This document shows positions 61,928 through 64,000 of a stretch of 64,000 nucleotides of DNA, one piece after another. Location: the NCBI GenBank assembly GCA_019058365.1, contig JAHPZE010000003.1, positions 32,001 through 96,000 of the forward strand, written 5' to 3'. The position numbers and the translations under genes are program-made. Numbering within the stretch: position 1 is the stretch's first letter; each line of letters starts with the position of its first letter. A model generated the notes under the pieces. That model was given only the letters and a program-made list of their open reading frames with translations, was not told where the DNA came from and did not search any database. The stretch is from Promethearchaeota archaeon. GTDB taxonomy: Archaea; Asgardarchaeota; Lokiarchaeia; Sigyniarchaeales; SOKP01.

Positions 61928-62050
61928 GCTGCTCTAGAGCACACTCCATCCCTTCTCTTATCTCAAATCATTCATTCCTTACCATCCCCTCCACGCTACA
62001 TTCCCCTACACGCTAAGCCTGAACCTTGTGGTTCCTTTTTCAACACCACA
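61928..62050 (-). other. 23S pre-rRNA 3' trailer (R0, reference repeat copy)
   Basis: G-rich 120-nt stretch between the 23S end and the T-tract; hairpin TGTGG..CCACA and terminal palindrome TGCTCTAGAGCA. Confidence 0.7.
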
Positions 62051-62147
62051 CACTCGTGCTATTGAGAGTGGCGGGCTGAACAGGTCGCCCGAAAGCTCCC
62101 TGCGTACACCCCCACCTCACTAACCCCGTCTTTTACGGGTGCACTCG

Positions 62148-62391
62148 TCTCGCATACTCAGTTCGCGTCACCGCGCCCTGATCTCGTTACTCAGCATCCC
62201 ATACATTCAAATTATAATGCTTCTCGCTTCATGCTCATGCATATGTCTACCCTCATGCTTCCGCTTCCACAATCAAGCACACACTTACACTCGCACTTAC
62301 ACTCCGATTGGCTTCCGGTTTTCACAGGAGAACCTTACCAATCACACTAACTTAAATACACAACATACCTCGCAACACTCTTTACACGAGA
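62148..62391 (-). other. ES39 (helix 98) expansion segment, about 244 nt
   Basis: Non-conserved insert closed by TCTCG/CGAGA at the H98 position. Confidence 0.82.
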
Positions 62392-62580
62392 TTGGCTGAC
62401 TATTTTCGGGTTTGGCTTCGTGCTTAGATGCTTTCAGCACTTATCCATTGGCGCGTGGCTGCCCGGCCTTACCTTGTCAGATAACCGGTACACTAGAGGC
62501 GCCGGCAAAATGTTCCTCTCGTACTGATTTTCCCTTGCCCTCAGTCAACCCACAAACCCAGTAGATAGAATCCGACCTGT

Positions 62581-63391
<811 letters not shown>

Positions 63392-64000
63392 TTAATGGGC
63401 GTACAGCCCCACCCTTGGAGGTTCTGCGCTGTGCTCCACTACGGAAACACATATGTGCGCCTCCAGGATAGGAAGAGCCGACATCGAGGAAGCAAGCCAC
63501 GAGGTCGATAGGGACTCTTACTCGTGACAACTCTGTTACCCCCGGGGTAATTTTTCTATCACCTCAACCATCCACACGAGAAATGTTGAGGATCGCTAGA
63601 CCAGGCGTTAGCCTCAGGATTCCTTGGTGATCAGAATCCAGTCAGACCAGCTTATGCTCTTAAACTCTTCAGCGGATTCCTGACCCGCTTGAGCTGATCA
63701 TAGGTTACTCTAGATATTGTTTCTAGAGTGAGCCGCCCCAGCCAAACTGCCCACCTGCGGGTGTCCGACGCGGTATAGGCGCCGTTAGCGATTTCAAAGG
63801 GGAAAGCCGGTGTTCCAATTGTGCTCCGCCGCTACCGAGATAGCGACATCGACGCTCCCGACTACACTCTGTATCCAATTCAAAACCGCAGCAACAAGCT
63901 GCAGTAAAACTCCACGGGGTCTTCTCGTCCCACTGGGTTTCTCCGGACCGTTCGCCGGAGTGCAAGTTCAATCGTCAGGAGGCTGGGACAAGAGGGAGAA

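Noticed and set aside
49291-62050. CRISPR array or classical integron
   Set aside because: Repeats are variable-length and rRNA-derived with gene-sized spacers; no cas genes, no IntI, and no attC RYYYAAC/GTTRRRY ends seen.
61860-62050. 5S rRNA downstream of 23S
   Set aside because: No 5S consensus motifs; only trailer and terminator.
62139-62399. 86-aa ORF (also 63723-63971)
   Set aside because: Lies within 23S rRNA; spurious.

Overview
AT-rich archaeal chromosome segment, most likely Lokiarchaeia (Asgard). Support: PolD, Rpo5/Rpo2, TFE, PAN, NAC and Cbf5; five Rab-like GTPases including a roadblock fusion; and a 23S rRNA with a very large ES39 expansion segment. About 1-34 kb is core information-processing and cofactor genes, including three tRNAs with four non-canonical introns and an intein-containing NrdD. 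About 34-49 kb is accessory enzymes plus decayed gene relics. The right end is the 3' third of a minus-strand 23S rRNA carrying a 777-nt BHB intron with a LAGLIDADG endonuclease gene. The most striking structure lies between tRNA-Pro (49.3 kb) and the 23S 3' end (62.05 kb): about nine same-orientation, diverged partial copies of the 23S 3' end/trailer separate blocks of 1-3 unrelated genes. Most copies share the terminator end but are truncated at different 5' points, and several cargo stop codons sit flush with the truncation points. This looks like an rRNA-anchored gene-capture array with no integrase in view. All alignments and folds were done by eye.
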